64,000 nucleotides of DNA from an uncultured Alphaproteobacteria bacterium (GCA_963775575.1 CAVZJG010000003.1:492963-556962), one strand, 5' to 3'; counted from the first letter of the stretch, positions 1 through 13,187 are shown. Notes: generated from the letters alone by a model not told the origin. Numbers and translations: made by a program.

Positions 1-507
1 TGCGCCATCATCGGCGAGGCGCGCGGCGTCTCGGGGGCGCGCGGGACGCCGTTCGTCGCCTGCCCCGTCTCGGGCGCCGTGGAATTTTCCGGCTTGTTCA
101 TCGGCGCGACCCTAGCAAACCCGACCGGGACGCGCACCGGCGGGATTTTGGTTTCCACCGCGAAGCGCGCCGGCGGCGCGTGGGCCCCTATGTGGCCAGG
201 GCGTCCTGGTTCAGACATATGTTGGGCTGGCGCTGGCTTCAGCGTCAGATCTTCATTGATTGCTTGGAGGCGATTATGCGCGAGAGCAATTTGAACTCAA
301 GGACGGCCTGAAAGGCCGCCGCCGGAGGCGGTGCGCTTCGCGCATCCTTGACTTCAAATTGCTCTCGCGCTTCGCTCCGCCAAGCAAACAAGGAAGGAAT
401 CCGCTCTCGTCGGCGAATTCGACATATCGTAAGCCAGGGCCAAAGCCCGTTGCGCCCGGCCGAAGAGAATGCACTGTGCTTTGCATGCTTGCTTCGAGGC
501 GCGCCAG

Positions 508-744
508 ATGAGTCAGATCGCCAAACTGTTCAAGAACGGCCGCAGTCAAGCCGTCCGGCTGCCCGCCAGCTTTCGTTTCGAGGCGCGCGAAGTGTTCATT
601 CGCCGCGACCCCAAGACCGGCGACGTGATCTTGTCGCGACGGCCCGATTCCTGGCAAGGGTTCTTCGCCGCACCCGACGAAGCCGCCGTCCCCGACGATT
701 TCCTCGGCGACGCCGAACGACAGGCCGAGGCGGCCGACCCCTAG
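508..744 (+). CDS. vapB: VapB-type (AbrB/SpoVT-fold) antitoxin
   Basis: Internal ATG 508 of ORF 469..744 gives [34 protein letters not shown]..., the canonical VapB N-terminus. Confidence 0.8.
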   Translation: MSQIAKLFKNGRSQAVRLPASFRFEAREVFIRRDPKTGDVILSRRPDSWQGFFAAPDEAAVPDDFLGDAERQAEAADP

Positions 745-800
745 CGCCGTTCGATTTCATCGTCGCCGGCCTCAAGGTCGAAGACTGGACGCTGACCTGA
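744..800 (+). pseudogene. vapC (PIN toxin) remnant, last ~17 codons only
   Basis: The frame of ORF 348..800 ends ...PFDFIVAGLKVEDWTLT*, resembling only the extreme C-terminus of VapC toxins. No PIN core lies between the vapB stop and the thiD stop. Confidence 0.5.
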
Positions 801-807
801 ACTCGTC

Positions 808-1791
808 TCACGGTCGGCGCGCCTCGCTCAGCGGCAATGGCAACAGCGGTCCCGCGCCGGCGCCGAGCGTCGCGTCCCGCCCCCGCTCGATCGCGCTGCG
901 CACAAATTCCTTGGCCGCCGCGACCGCCTCGGGCAACGACGCGCCCAAGACGACGTGCGCGGCGATCGCGCTCGACAGCGTGCAGCCGGCGCCGTGCAGG
1001 TTGCGCGAGTCTAGGCGCGGCGCGGCGAACCGCCGGACGGCGTCGGCCGTGACCAGCAGATCGACCGCCTCGGCGCCGGGAAGATGCCCGCCCTTCATCA
1101 ACACGGCGCGCGGGCCGAGCTTCACCAGCGCCGCGCCCTGGCGCGCCATCTCCGCTTCGCCCCTTGCCAGCGGCGCGCCGACCAGCGCCGCGGCTTCCGC
1201 GAGATTGGGGGTCAGGCAGTCGACCAGCGGCAGCAACCGGGCTTTGACCGCCTCGATGAGCCCCGCGCCCGCGAGCGCGTCCCCGGACGAAGCGACCATG
1301 ACGGGATCGTAGACGAGGAAGGGCGCCCGCCCCTTCCCCCCTTGCGGGGGAAGGTGGTCAGGCGAAGCCTGGCCGGATGAGGGGTCGCGCCGCGAGGCGC
1401 GCGTTTCGACAACGGCGCTGCCGCGCCGACCCCTCACCCCTAACCCCTCTCCCGCAAGGGAAGAGAGGAGCGGGCGCCCCAAGCTCCTCGCCACGGCCGC
1501 CACCACCGCCGCGCTCCCCAGCATGCCGATCTTGATCGCCGCGACGTCGAAATCGGCCAGCACGGCTTCGATCTGCGCGGCGACGATGTCGGGCGGGCAG
1601 ATGTGGATCGCGTCGACGCCCAGCGTGTTCTGCGCGGTGAGCGCCGTGATTGCGCTCGCCCCGTAGACGCCGAGCGCGGCGAAAGTCTTCAGGTCCGCCT
1701 GAACCCCGGCGCCGCCGCCCGAATCCGAGCCGGCGATCGTCAACGCGATGGGCGTTTGCGCCGTCACGGCGCGCGGGTCGCGGCGATCCAT
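808..1791 (-). CDS. thiD: hydroxymethylpyrimidine/phosphomethylpyrimidine kinase ThiD, carrying a 49-codon in-frame repeat insertion
   Basis: Motifs [33 protein letters not shown] and [13 protein letters not shown]. Start is ATG 1791; an alternative GTG 1767 overlaps the thiE stop as GTGA. The upstream part of ORF 808..1941 is Arg-rich shadow sequence. Confidence 0.9.
   Translation of the reverse strand: MDRRDPRAVTAQTPIALTIAGSDSGGGAGVQADLKTFAALGVYGASAITALTAQNTLGVDAIHICPPDIVAAQIEAVLADFDVAAIKIGMLGSAAVVAAVARSLGRPLLSSLAGEGLGVRGRRGSAVVETRASRRDPSSGQASPDHLPPQGGKGRAPFLVYDPVMVASSGDALAGAGLIEAVKARLLPLVDCLTPNLAEAAALVGAPLARGEAEMARQGAALVKLGPRAVLMKGGHLPGAEAVDLLVTADAVRRFAAPRLDSRNLHGAGCTLSSAIAAHVVLGASLPEAVAAAKEFVRSAIERGRDATLGAGAGPLLPLPLSEARRP
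1324..1470. repeat. REP/mosaic-type palindromic element, copy inside the thiD coding sequence
   Basis: Shares the modules TCAGGCG, GCCGGATGAGGGG, CCCTCACCCC and CTCTCCCGC-type hairpins with the element at 2372-2500, in opposite orientation. It is 147 nt, exactly 49 codons, in frame. Confidence 0.7.
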
Positions 1792-2369
1792 GCGCGGGCG
1801 CGGCCCTCGGGATCGGGGTTGAGCGTGATGTCGGTGACGACGGCGGCGCTGTCGGCGCCGGCGGCGAGACACGCGAGGGCGCGTTCGAGGTTGAGCCCGC
1901 CGATCGCGACCAGCGGCATGGCGCCGACGCGGCGCTTCCACTCGCCGATCTGCGTCAGGCCCTGGGGCAGATGCGCCATCGCTTTCGTGATCGTCGGATA
2001 GATCGGGCCGAGCGCGACGTAGTCGGGCGCCAGCGCCAGCGCGCGCTCGAGTTCCGCTTCGTCGTGGGTGCTGAGGCCGAGCCTGAGCCCGGCGCGGCGG
2101 ATGGCGCCGACGTCCGCGCCTTCATCGAGATCGCCCTGGCCAAGGTGGACCCAGGGCGCGCCTTCGTCGATAGCGACCCGCCAATAGTCGTTGACCACCA
2201 GGGTCGCGCCTGCGGCGCGGCAGACCGCCAGCGCCGCGCGCGTCTCGCGACCCGCCGTCGCCTCGTCTTTGTCTTTGACGCGCAACTGGATGAGCCGCGC
2301 GCCGACGCCGACGAGCCGGCGGACCCAGTCGGCGGAATCGACGATCGGGTAGAAGCGGTCGAGAGTCAT
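1764..2369 (-). CDS. thiE: thiamine-phosphate synthase
   Basis: MTLDRFYPIVDS..., LIQLRVKD, YVALGPIYPT and PLVAIGG are typical ThiE motifs. Confidence 0.93.
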   Translation of the reverse strand: MTLDRFYPIVDSADWVRRLVGVGARLIQLRVKDKDEATAGRETRAALAVCRAAGATLVVNDYWRVAIDEGAPWVHLGQGDLDEGADVGAIRRAGLRLGLSTHDEAELERALALAPDYVALGPIYPTITKAMAHLPQGLTQIGEWKRRVGAMPLVAIGGLNLERALACLAAGADSAAVVTDITLNPDPEGRARAWIAATRAP

Positions 2370-2371
2370 AG

Positions 2372-2500
2372 GCCCCTCTCCCGCGTGCGGGAGACGGGTT
2401 GGGGTGAGGGCCGCCGGGCGCTCCCCTCATCCGGCCCTTCGGGCCGCCTCTCAGCGAACGAGACGTTCGCCTGACACCCGCAAGCGGGAGAAGGGAAAGA
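2372..2500. repeat. REP/mosaic-type palindromic element, intergenic copy between thiG and thiE
   Basis: Nested hairpins (CTCTCCCGCGTGCGGGAGA, GGGGTGAGGG...CCCCTCATCC, CCCGCAAGCGGG). Same module set as 1324-1470. Confidence 0.7.
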
Positions 2501-2511
2501 AGCCGCGCCGC

Positions 2512-3282
2512 TCACGACAGCGCCGCCTTGCCGACGAACGGCGTCGAGGGCTGGGCGAGGTCGCGCGGCTGCATCGGGCCGGCGCGATGGGCGGCGGCGC
2601 CGGCTTCGACCGCCTCTTTGAACGCGCGCGCCATCGCGACCGGATCGCCCGCCGTGCCGACCGCGGTGTTGAGCAGCACCGCGTCGTAGCCGAACTCCAT
2701 CGCCGCCGCGGCGTGCGACGGCAGGCCGATGCCGGCGTCGACGATCAGCGTCGCCTCGGGATAGCGCGCCCGCAGCAGGCGCAAGCCGAAGGGATTGTTG
2801 AGGCCCTTGCCGGAGCCGATCGGCGCGCCCCACGGCATCAACGTCTTGCAGCCCGCCTCGATAAGCCGGTCGCAGACGATCAGGTCTTCGGTCGTGTAGG
2901 GAAACACCTCGAAGCCGTCTCGAGCGAGGATGCGCGCGGCCTCGACCGTGCCGAAGACGTCGGGCGCGAGCGTATCGCGGTCGCCGATCACTTCGAGCTT
3001 GATCCAGGCGGTGGCGAAAATCTCGCGCGCCATCTGCGCCGTCGTCACCGCCTCCTTGACCGTGTAGCATCCGGCGGTGTTGGGCAGCACGCGCACGCCG
3101 AGGTCGTGGATGATGCGCCAGAACTCCTGCCCCTCGCGAAATTGGCTCAACTCGCGCCGCACCGAAACCGTGACGACTTCCGCCTCCGCCGCCCGCACGG
3201 ACTTGGCCATGAGGTCGAGCGAGGCGTACTTCGACGTTCCGAGCAGCAGCCGAGACTTCAATGCGACGCCATAGACCTTCAT
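2512..3282 (-). CDS. thiG: thiazole synthase
   Basis: 256 aa, [19 protein letters not shown]...VLPNTAGC...[13 protein letters not shown]. Confidence 0.95.
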   Translation of the reverse strand: MKVYGVALKSRLLLGTSKYASLDLMAKSVRAAEAEVVTVSVRRELSQFREGQEFWRIIHDLGVRVLPNTAGCYTVKEAVTTAQMAREIFATAWIKLEVIGDRDTLAPDVFGTVEAARILARDGFEVFPYTTEDLIVCDRLIEAGCKTLMPWGAPIGSGKGLNNPFGLRLLRARYPEATLIVDAGIGLPSHAAAAMEFGYDAVLLNTAVGTAGDPVAMARAFKEAVEAGAAAHRAGPMQPRDLAQPSTPFVGKAALS

Positions 3283-3340
3283 CGCTCAACTCCTCGCCCC
3301 CGCGCCGCCGCCCGCACCCTCGCTCCATCGCGCCGGCGGC

Positions 3341-3538
3341 CTATCCCCCTTGCCGCGGCGCGACGATCTCGATCCGATCGCCTTCGCTTAAGCTCGTCTC
3401 GGCGCGCTTTCGCGCCGGCACGAAGTCGCCGTTGAGCGCGGTGCCGACCAGCGTTTCTGCGTAATCGAGCGCCTCGAGCGCCGCCGCCAAGGTCTCGGCG
3501 ACGACGTCCTGTTCGACGCCATTGACGACGAGCCTCAT
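3341..3538 (-). CDS. thiS: sulfur-carrier protein ThiS
   Basis: 65 aa, MRLVVNGVEQ...IEIVAPRQGG, with the C-terminal GG. It is the tail of ORF 3341..4075. ATG at 3538 lies 11 nt after the thiC stop. Confidence 0.9.
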   Translation of the reverse strand: MRLVVNGVEQDVVAETLAAALEALDYAETLVGTALNGDFVPARKRAETSLSEGDRIEIVAPRQGG

Positions 3539-3549
3539 CTCCGCCTCGC

Positions 3550-5566
<2,017 letters not shown>

Positions 5567-5581
5567 TGAGGGGGATTTTGC

Positions 5582-5606
5582 GGTAGTGGGCCAGTTTGAA
5601 TGTGGC
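5582..5606. repeat. left terminal inverted repeat of the IS1-family element
   Basis: GGTAGTGGGCCAGTTTGAATGTGGC is the exact reverse complement of 9485-9509. Confidence 0.9.
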
Positions 5607-5966
5607 AGGCAAAATGCATAGTGCGATTGAAACAATTCGTCACACCGCGCGACAAACAATGGACGGATGCCCAAAAGCGGGATAAAAAAAATTAGGCATT
5701 CGTTAACAAATTAACATTCCGTTAACGGTTGTTTAACCGACGGAGCATAAATGGGATGCTTGTGGGAGACGGACCATGCAGCGATCGACAAATGGCGACC
5801 GGGTGAACCGCGAGGCCAGTATCGCTACGCGCGGATTATCGGCATCGGGCTCGCCTGCAAAGGGAAACTTACCGGACGATAAAACTAGCATGATTGTTCG
5901 TAACCCGGCACCGGACGGATCGCCGCCGCGTGCCAATTCGGATGTTCGAACATTTTCGGTCAGCAG

Positions 5967-6827
5967 CTAGTTCTCATCCGGTAGCACGTACTCAGCCCAA
6001 CTGACATGCAAAACCCTGGTCGTGCCTCGGAGCGAGACCGGATGGGCTCGACCGTTGGTGAAGTGACCAACGGTCGGCGGATTGTTTGATTCCAAAAGAT
6101 TCAAATCGAAGGTGCTCCCATCCCTCCTAATTCCCGCAGAATCGGAGTCCGTTACGATGCGCACCACGGCCGGCGCATACGTTGCACCGGCTCGGCGAAT
6201 ACCAAGGGCACGGTGAAATCCATTGTGAAGGTAGTAGCGATTGTTATAACAAACAACATGCAAAAACGGCAAGGAGACGGCAAATTGCAGGCCCATAAAC
6301 TGCGCGTTAAAAATTCCCGCCGCAAGTGATCGAAGGTTCAGGTTTTTCGTTTTCAGCAACATGGATTGATTTTGTTGCGTATTGCTATGTTGTAAGACCT
6401 GAAAATTTACAATTTCTGGGTTTGTTGGCAGACATAGAGCTAATAATGTATCAAGACTTGGCGGTTTGTTTAGGTTCGTGCAATGGTAATTGCTGCGATC
6501 ATCATCAATAGTGAATTGATAGGCTAGCAGCGGATCAAGCTCTACTAGCTGAAACGTAACGCCGGCGAGCGTTGTCTGAAATGCCGGTGCGGACCATGGC
6601 GCTGTTAGGACTTGTTGAACGTGGGGATCGTGAGTCGGTGGAATTGGTTGAATATCGGGTATTCCTGCGTTAGCGACTGGGGCGCCAAGTCGTGCTCTGG
6701 CCGCATTCCATTCCGCCAAAATTGCTACGTCGGAAGGGTCAGCAGGAACGCAGGCAGTTCGCAAATGCGCCATTGCCTGTTGCTGATCCATGAAACCGAC
6801 CAACGATAAACCTGGTGTGGCCATCAC
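5967..6827 (-). CDS. hypothetical protein with a possible ParB/Srx(DGQHR)-like C-terminal region, IS passenger
   Basis: 286-aa ORF in low-GC DNA, 18 nt downstream of and co-oriented with the transposase. The segment VVCYNNRYYLHNGFHRALGIRRAGATYAPAVV resembles the beta-strand plus (D/N)G.HR motif of ParB/sulfiredoxin/DndB-type folds. Confidence 0.6.
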   Translation of the reverse strand: MMATPGLSLVGFMDQQQAMAHLRTACVPADPSDVAILAEWNAARARLGAPVANAGIPDIQPIPPTHDPHVQQVLTAPWSAPAFQTTLAGVTFQLVELDPLLAYQFTIDDDRSNYHCTNLNKPPSLDTLLALCLPTNPEIVNFQVLQHSNTQQNQSMLLKTKNLNLRSLAAGIFNAQFMGLQFAVSLPFLHVVCYNNRYYLHNGFHRALGIRRAGATYAPAVVRIVTDSDSAGIRRDGSTFDLNLLESNNPPTVGHFTNGRAHPVSLRGTTRVLHVSWAEYVLPDEN

Positions 6828-6845
6828 TTTTCCCCAACACCATCG

Positions 6846-7700
6846 TTAAGATGTCGCCTCCCACGCTTCAAGCACTGCGACCATATCCGCGACTTCCCAG
6901 AGCCGATCCGTCACGTCGGCAGCCATCGCCGGCGTCGTTTTGAGCGTCTTATGGATACGCACAAAATTGTAATAGAGGAAGTGCAACGCCATCGCGTGCG
7001 CGTGGTTTTCCATCTTTTTTGAAAAGGCATTCGTCAGCCGCGTCATTCGGCGAGAGTGCATGCGAATGTTGAGGTTGTTTCTCTCGGCAAATGATGTGCT
7101 GGCGTATGCCATATCAGGATTGCCCTGAATGCGCGTCTTGCGGGCGCCGAGGCATTCTGCGGGGCTATAGCGTCCGCGTGTAGCCTCGGGCGCGGTCCCG
7201 TAAATCTTGACCAGCATCGCGTAATCGACCTCTCCGCCAAATGCTGCGTCGATGGCGGTCACATACGGCGCGTGGCCGTCGGTTGTGATCTGGACGCAAC
7301 TCGCGAGACGCGAGGCAAGATCGTCGATAAACTCTTGCGCCGCGTCCGCGTCCCGGCTGCCAACGTGCCAGCACGGAACAAGCTTCGTGTCGGCGTCGGT
7401 TGCAAGCCAAAGCCACACATCGCCAGCAGTTCCCGCCGTCTTGGCTTCGTCTGAGGCGTTCTTTGCCTTGGCGCCGACGAAACCCCAGATTTCGTCGATT
7501 TGGAGTTTCTTGCACGAAAGGCTCTGGAAAACGCGGTCCTGATACCAAGCCGCGGCCGTGCCAGCATCGACAACCAACTTGCTAACAGTCGTCTTGGATA
7601 TGCCCGTTAGGCGGGTGATGGCGCGGATGCTCATGCCCTCGCAGAGAAGGTGAAGGGCTTGGGCGCGTTCGGCGGGGCTCAGCTTATTCATACTGGCCAT
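6846..7700 (-). CDS. IS1-family transposase (single ORF)
   Basis: N-terminal HTH (SIRAITRLTGISKTTVSKL), DEIWGFV, TDGHAPY, and FAERNNLNIRMHSRRMTRLTNAFSKK (IS1 signature ER.N...R....R..R.T..FSK). Start MASMNKL at 7700. Confidence 0.88.
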   Translation of the reverse strand: MASMNKLSPAERAQALHLLCEGMSIRAITRLTGISKTTVSKLVVDAGTAAAWYQDRVFQSLSCKKLQIDEIWGFVGAKAKNASDEAKTAGTAGDVWLWLATDADTKLVPCWHVGSRDADAAQEFIDDLASRLASCVQITTDGHAPYVTAIDAAFGGEVDYAMLVKIYGTAPEATRGRYSPAECLGARKTRIQGNPDMAYASTSFAERNNLNIRMHSRRMTRLTNAFSKKMENHAHAMALHFLYYNFVRIHKTLKTTPAMAADVTDRLWEVADMVAVLEAWEATS

Positions 7701-7777
7701 TATGCTTGCGCCTTGACATTTAGTCAAGACCATAAATTCATAGGAGCACATAAATTTATAGCGCACAATAAATAGGT

Positions 7778-9004
7778 GTGACAATGGCCTTGTCGATACC
7801 GCCCTTTGCGAACCCATTTCGACCCGGCGCGGGGCACCGGCCGCCGTATCTGGCGGGCCGGAAACATGAAGAAGGCGAGTTTCGCAAGCTTCTCGCGCAG
7901 AATGTGGTCTTGGACAATTTGGTAATTACGGGCTTGCGCGGCGTTGGCAAGACCGTTCTCGCCGAGAGTTTTAAGCCGACAGCTGTTCATGAAGGATGGC
8001 TTTGGGTCGGGACCGACATGTCAGAGTCCGCGGTCGTAACGGAATCGATACTCGCAGAACGCATTTTGACTGACTTGTCCGTCGTGACAAGTAATATATC
8101 GACTGGTACAACTCATCAATTGTCCTTCGGCTTTGTCAGCAAAGAAAACGCAGGAGAGATCACTCTCGGCTATAACACGCTATCGTCTATATATAAGAAC
8201 GCTCCCGGCCTTGTCTCGGATAAATTAAAAGCGGTCTTTTCCGCGGTTGCACCGCATGTCACGCGTATCGGGAAGAGAGGATTGCTATTCGTATATGATG
8301 AAGCGCAAAGTTTGGCAGATCGGGACGATGCAAAAGAGTATCCCCTTTCAGTGCTGCTAGATATTTTTCAGAGCGTTCAACGGAACGGTATGCCATTTAT
8401 TCTTGTACTTATTGGGTTACCGACGCTGTACCAGAAGCTCGTCGATTCGCGAACATACTCTGAGCGTATGTTTAAGACGCTCACGCTGAAAAAGCTCTCA
8501 GTGGAAGCAAGCCGCGAGGCAATCACCAAGCCAATTTCTGATGCTAAATGCCCGGTAAAATTTTCAGATGAGGCGATCTCGCTAATAATCAAATATTCCG
8601 GTGGATATCCTTATTTTATACAATTCATGTGTCGTGAAGTGTATGATGTATGGATGCAAAAACTTGCAGAGGGGCAGGAGCCAATTGTACCAATGAGCGA
8701 AATTGTGAGAAAGCTAGATAATGATTTCTTTGCCCATCGATGGTATAAGGTGACCGAGCGCTATCACGAGTTGCTACATGTGATTGCACAACTAGACAAT
8801 AGTAACGATGTTTTTACGATTCAAGATATATTAAGACAATCAGTGCGTATCAATGAAACGTTTGGTCGAAGTCGAGTGAATCAAATGCTAGTGACTCTTA
8901 TGGAGCATGGCATCGTATATAAGGATAGACATGGTAAGTACATGTTCGCGGTCCCGCTCTTTGCGGATTTTGTGAGACGCATCAAAGAGACGGGAATTTT
9001 ATGA
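7778..9004 (+). CDS. AAA+/ORC-Cdc6-like ATP-binding protein with C-terminal winged-helix-like region, IS passenger
   Basis: N-terminal NPFRPGAGHRPPYLAGR, Walker A GLRGVGKT, Walker B LLFVYDEAQ, and a C-terminal helical/wHTH-like tail. GTG 7778 or ATG 7784 as start. Confidence 0.8.
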   Translation: MTMALSIPPFANPFRPGAGHRPPYLAGRKHEEGEFRKLLAQNVVLDNLVITGLRGVGKTVLAESFKPTAVHEGWLWVGTDMSESAVVTESILAERILTDLSVVTSNISTGTTHQLSFGFVSKENAGEITLGYNTLSSIYKNAPGLVSDKLKAVFSAVAPHVTRIGKRGLLFVYDEAQSLADRDDAKEYPLSVLLDIFQSVQRNGMPFILVLIGLPTLYQKLVDSRTYSERMFKTLTLKKLSVEASREAITKPISDAKCPVKFSDEAISLIIKYSGGYPYFIQFMCREVYDVWMQKLAEGQEPIVPMSEIVRKLDNDFFAHRWYKVTERYHELLHVIAQLDNSNDVFTIQDILRQSVRINETFGRSRVNQMLVTLMEHGIVYKDRHGKYMFAVPLFADFVRRIKETGIL

Positions 9005-9244
9005 TTTTGACCATCGCTTTGCGGCCGCGATGCGAGCAATTTCAGTACGACGCTCTGGCGAAAGCGCGTTGGCGCGAGCCTTCCCACCGCTGGCGGCGCC
9101 TAACTTGCCATAGTGAGAAAATTGCAACTCATTGACGTCTGTGTCTGCGGTCGGCACATCGTCGCCAGTCTCGCCAGTCGCGATATCGACCATGCGTTTC
9201 GCCCATTGGTTCAAATCGCGCGGGCGCTTGGGAGTCTTAGCCAT
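8999..9244 (-). CDS. small hypothetical protein (81 aa), basic C-terminus ...GGKARANALSPERRTEIARIAAAKRW
   Basis: Low-GC ORF. It overlaps the upstream small ORF by 8 nt, suggesting an operon. Confidence 0.5.
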   Translation of the reverse strand: MAKTPKRPRDLNQWAKRMVDIATGETGDDVPTADTDVNELQFSHYGKLGAASGGKARANALSPERRTEIARIAAAKRWSKS

Positions 9245-9434
9245 ATCGGCCGCCTCGATAGTTTTTGAGCCAGTCGGCCGCTTTAGTGGCGATCCAATCT
9301 CTTGCCCTAGTTTCTGTCTCGAAACCGCTCATTTGGATTTGCTCGCCGTGGGGAAGCGTAATTCGAACATACCATCCCGGTTCGGCCTTTAGCTGGACCG
9401 GCTCAAATTTTGTCTGAGGCTTGGACCTCACCAT
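9237..9434 (-). CDS. small hypothetical protein (65 aa)
   Basis: Low-GC ORF starting about 50 nt inside the right IR. It is followed by 8999..9244 with an 8-nt overlap. Confidence 0.5.
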   Translation of the reverse strand: MVRSKPQTKFEPVQLKAEPGWYVRITLPHGEQIQMSGFETETRARDWIATKAADWLKNYRGGRYG

Positions 9435-9484
9435 GCTCCCATTATGGGGAAAGCCGGGCTACGCCGCTAGCGCAAAATTTCGCC

Positions 9485-9509
9485 GCCACATTCAAACTGG
9501 CCCACTACC
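9485..9509. repeat. right terminal inverted repeat of the IS1-family element
   Basis: GCCACATTCAAACTGGCCCACTACC is the exact reverse complement of 5582-5606. Confidence 0.9.
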
Positions 9510-9662
9510 GATTTTGCCGCCTTCGCATTGCGGAATTCGATTGGCTCTCGCGGCTCGCTCCGCCAAAGCAGGCCAGGGCGGCGCCTGCCTCGTTCTTCTT
9601 CGTGGCGCGAACCCGAAGCGCTCGGCTTGCGCTTCGGCCCGGCCTCATCCTAAAAGCGGCCC

Positions 9663-10187
9663 ATGCGCCGTCTCTTGCTTCTCCGACACGCCAAGGCGAT
9701 GCACCCTGCGGGGCGCGGCGATTACGAGCGCGCCCTGGTCGAGCGCGGGCGGCGCGACGCCGCTCGCATCGGCGCCTTCCTCGCCGAGGCGGGCATGATC
9801 CCGGACCTGGCGATCTTCTCGGGCGCGCTGCGCACGCGGGAAACGGCGGCGATCGTCCTCAAGGCGTGGCCGCAGCGGATCGAAGCGCGCGCGGAGCCGA
9901 GCCTCTACGACGCGACGCGCGCCAGCGTCCAGGCGATCGTTCGCGCCCTTCCCGATACGGCGGCGAGCGTCTTGCTGATCGGCCACAACCCTGGACTGGC
10001 GGATCTGGCCAACCATCTGGTCGGCGGCGGCGCCGAGCGCGATATCGCGCGCATGGTCGGCAAGTTCCCGACCGCGGGCCTGGCGGCGCTCGAATTCGAC
10101 TTCAACCGCTGGCGCGAGGTCGCGCCCGGTTCGGCGCGGCTCGCCCGCTTCGTCACGCCCGACGATCTGAGCGTCGCCAGCGGGTGA
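9663..10187 (+). CDS. SixA-like histidine phosphatase
   Basis: MRRLLLLRHAKA (RHG/RHA catalytic motif), ..RTRETA.., LLIGHNPGL. Confidence 0.85.
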   Translation: MRRLLLLRHAKAMHPAGRGDYERALVERGRRDAARIGAFLAEAGMIPDLAIFSGALRTRETAAIVLKAWPQRIEARAEPSLYDATRASVQAIVRALPDTAASVLLIGHNPGLADLANHLVGGGAERDIARMVGKFPTAGLAALEFDFNRWREVAPGSARLARFVTPDDLSVASG

Positions 10188-10326
10188 GCGGGCGTGATTT
10201 CCCGAGTGGAACCGGCGAAGTCGCGCGGACACATCGCCCCTGCGCCGTCAAGCGGCTAGCGCCGCTCCTCCGCTGCGCTACGGCCGCTTCGCGGTGACCG
10301 CGCCGGAGCGATGCGTCATTGGGCAT

Positions 10327-10490
10327 CCAAGGTCTTGTTGCGACTTCCGGCCCATCGGGCCGGAATGCGCAACAAGACCTTGGAAGCGAAAACGCCCGAA
10401 CCGCGCACAGCGGTCAAGCCTCGCATTTCGCGACCGCGTCAGCGGCGCTTTGCTCGTCAGAGCAAAGCGGGCTTGACGGCGAGCGCGGTT
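10327..10490. repeat. partial third copy of the structured repeat family (57-nt perfect hairpin plus the CTTGACGGCGA tail)
   Basis: CCAAGGTCTTGTTGCGACTTCCGGCCCATCGGGCCGGAATGCGCAACAAGACCTTGG (10327-10383) has the same architecture as the hairpins at 19388-19445 and 24289-24355. The GGCTTGACGGCGAGCGC tail is shared with 19571-19590 and 24424-24440. It lies between the convergent sixA-like and alaS genes. Confidence 0.6.
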
Positions 10491-10514
10491 CGGGCGCGCG
10501 GAGGGCGCCGCGCC

Positions 10515-13187
<2,673 letters not shown>

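Larger units (their letters stand above)
5582..9509 (-). mobile_element. IS1-family (ISMhu11-like) passenger-carrying insertion element, 3,928 bp
   Basis: Perfect 25-bp terminal IRs (5582-5606 and 9485-9509) starting GGTAGTG (GGnnnTG). An 8-bp direct repeat GATTTTGC flanks both ends (5574-5581 and 9510-9517). A single IS1-type DDE transposase lies inside. GC is visibly lower than the flanks. Confidence 0.8.

Noticed and set aside
1-101. Possible 5' end of a minus-strand gene running off the left edge (MNKPENSTAPETGQATNGVPRAP...).
   Set aside because: Only 33 low-complexity codons are visible. There is no motif and no way to support it from this window.
1321-1479. GGGCGCCC at both junctions of the thiD insertion, considered as a target-site duplication.
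   Set aside because: The repeat-to-repeat distance is 151 nt, not a multiple of 3, which is inconsistent with a simple in-frame insertion plus duplication. GGGCGCCC is also a short GC palindrome likely to occur by chance.
5701-5740. A cluster of four (G)TTAAC motifs in the AT-rich left subterminal region of the IS1-family element, considered as transposase-binding subterminal repeats.
   Set aside because: There is no matching cluster at the right end, and it could equally be AT-rich filler or a promoter. The support is insufficient.
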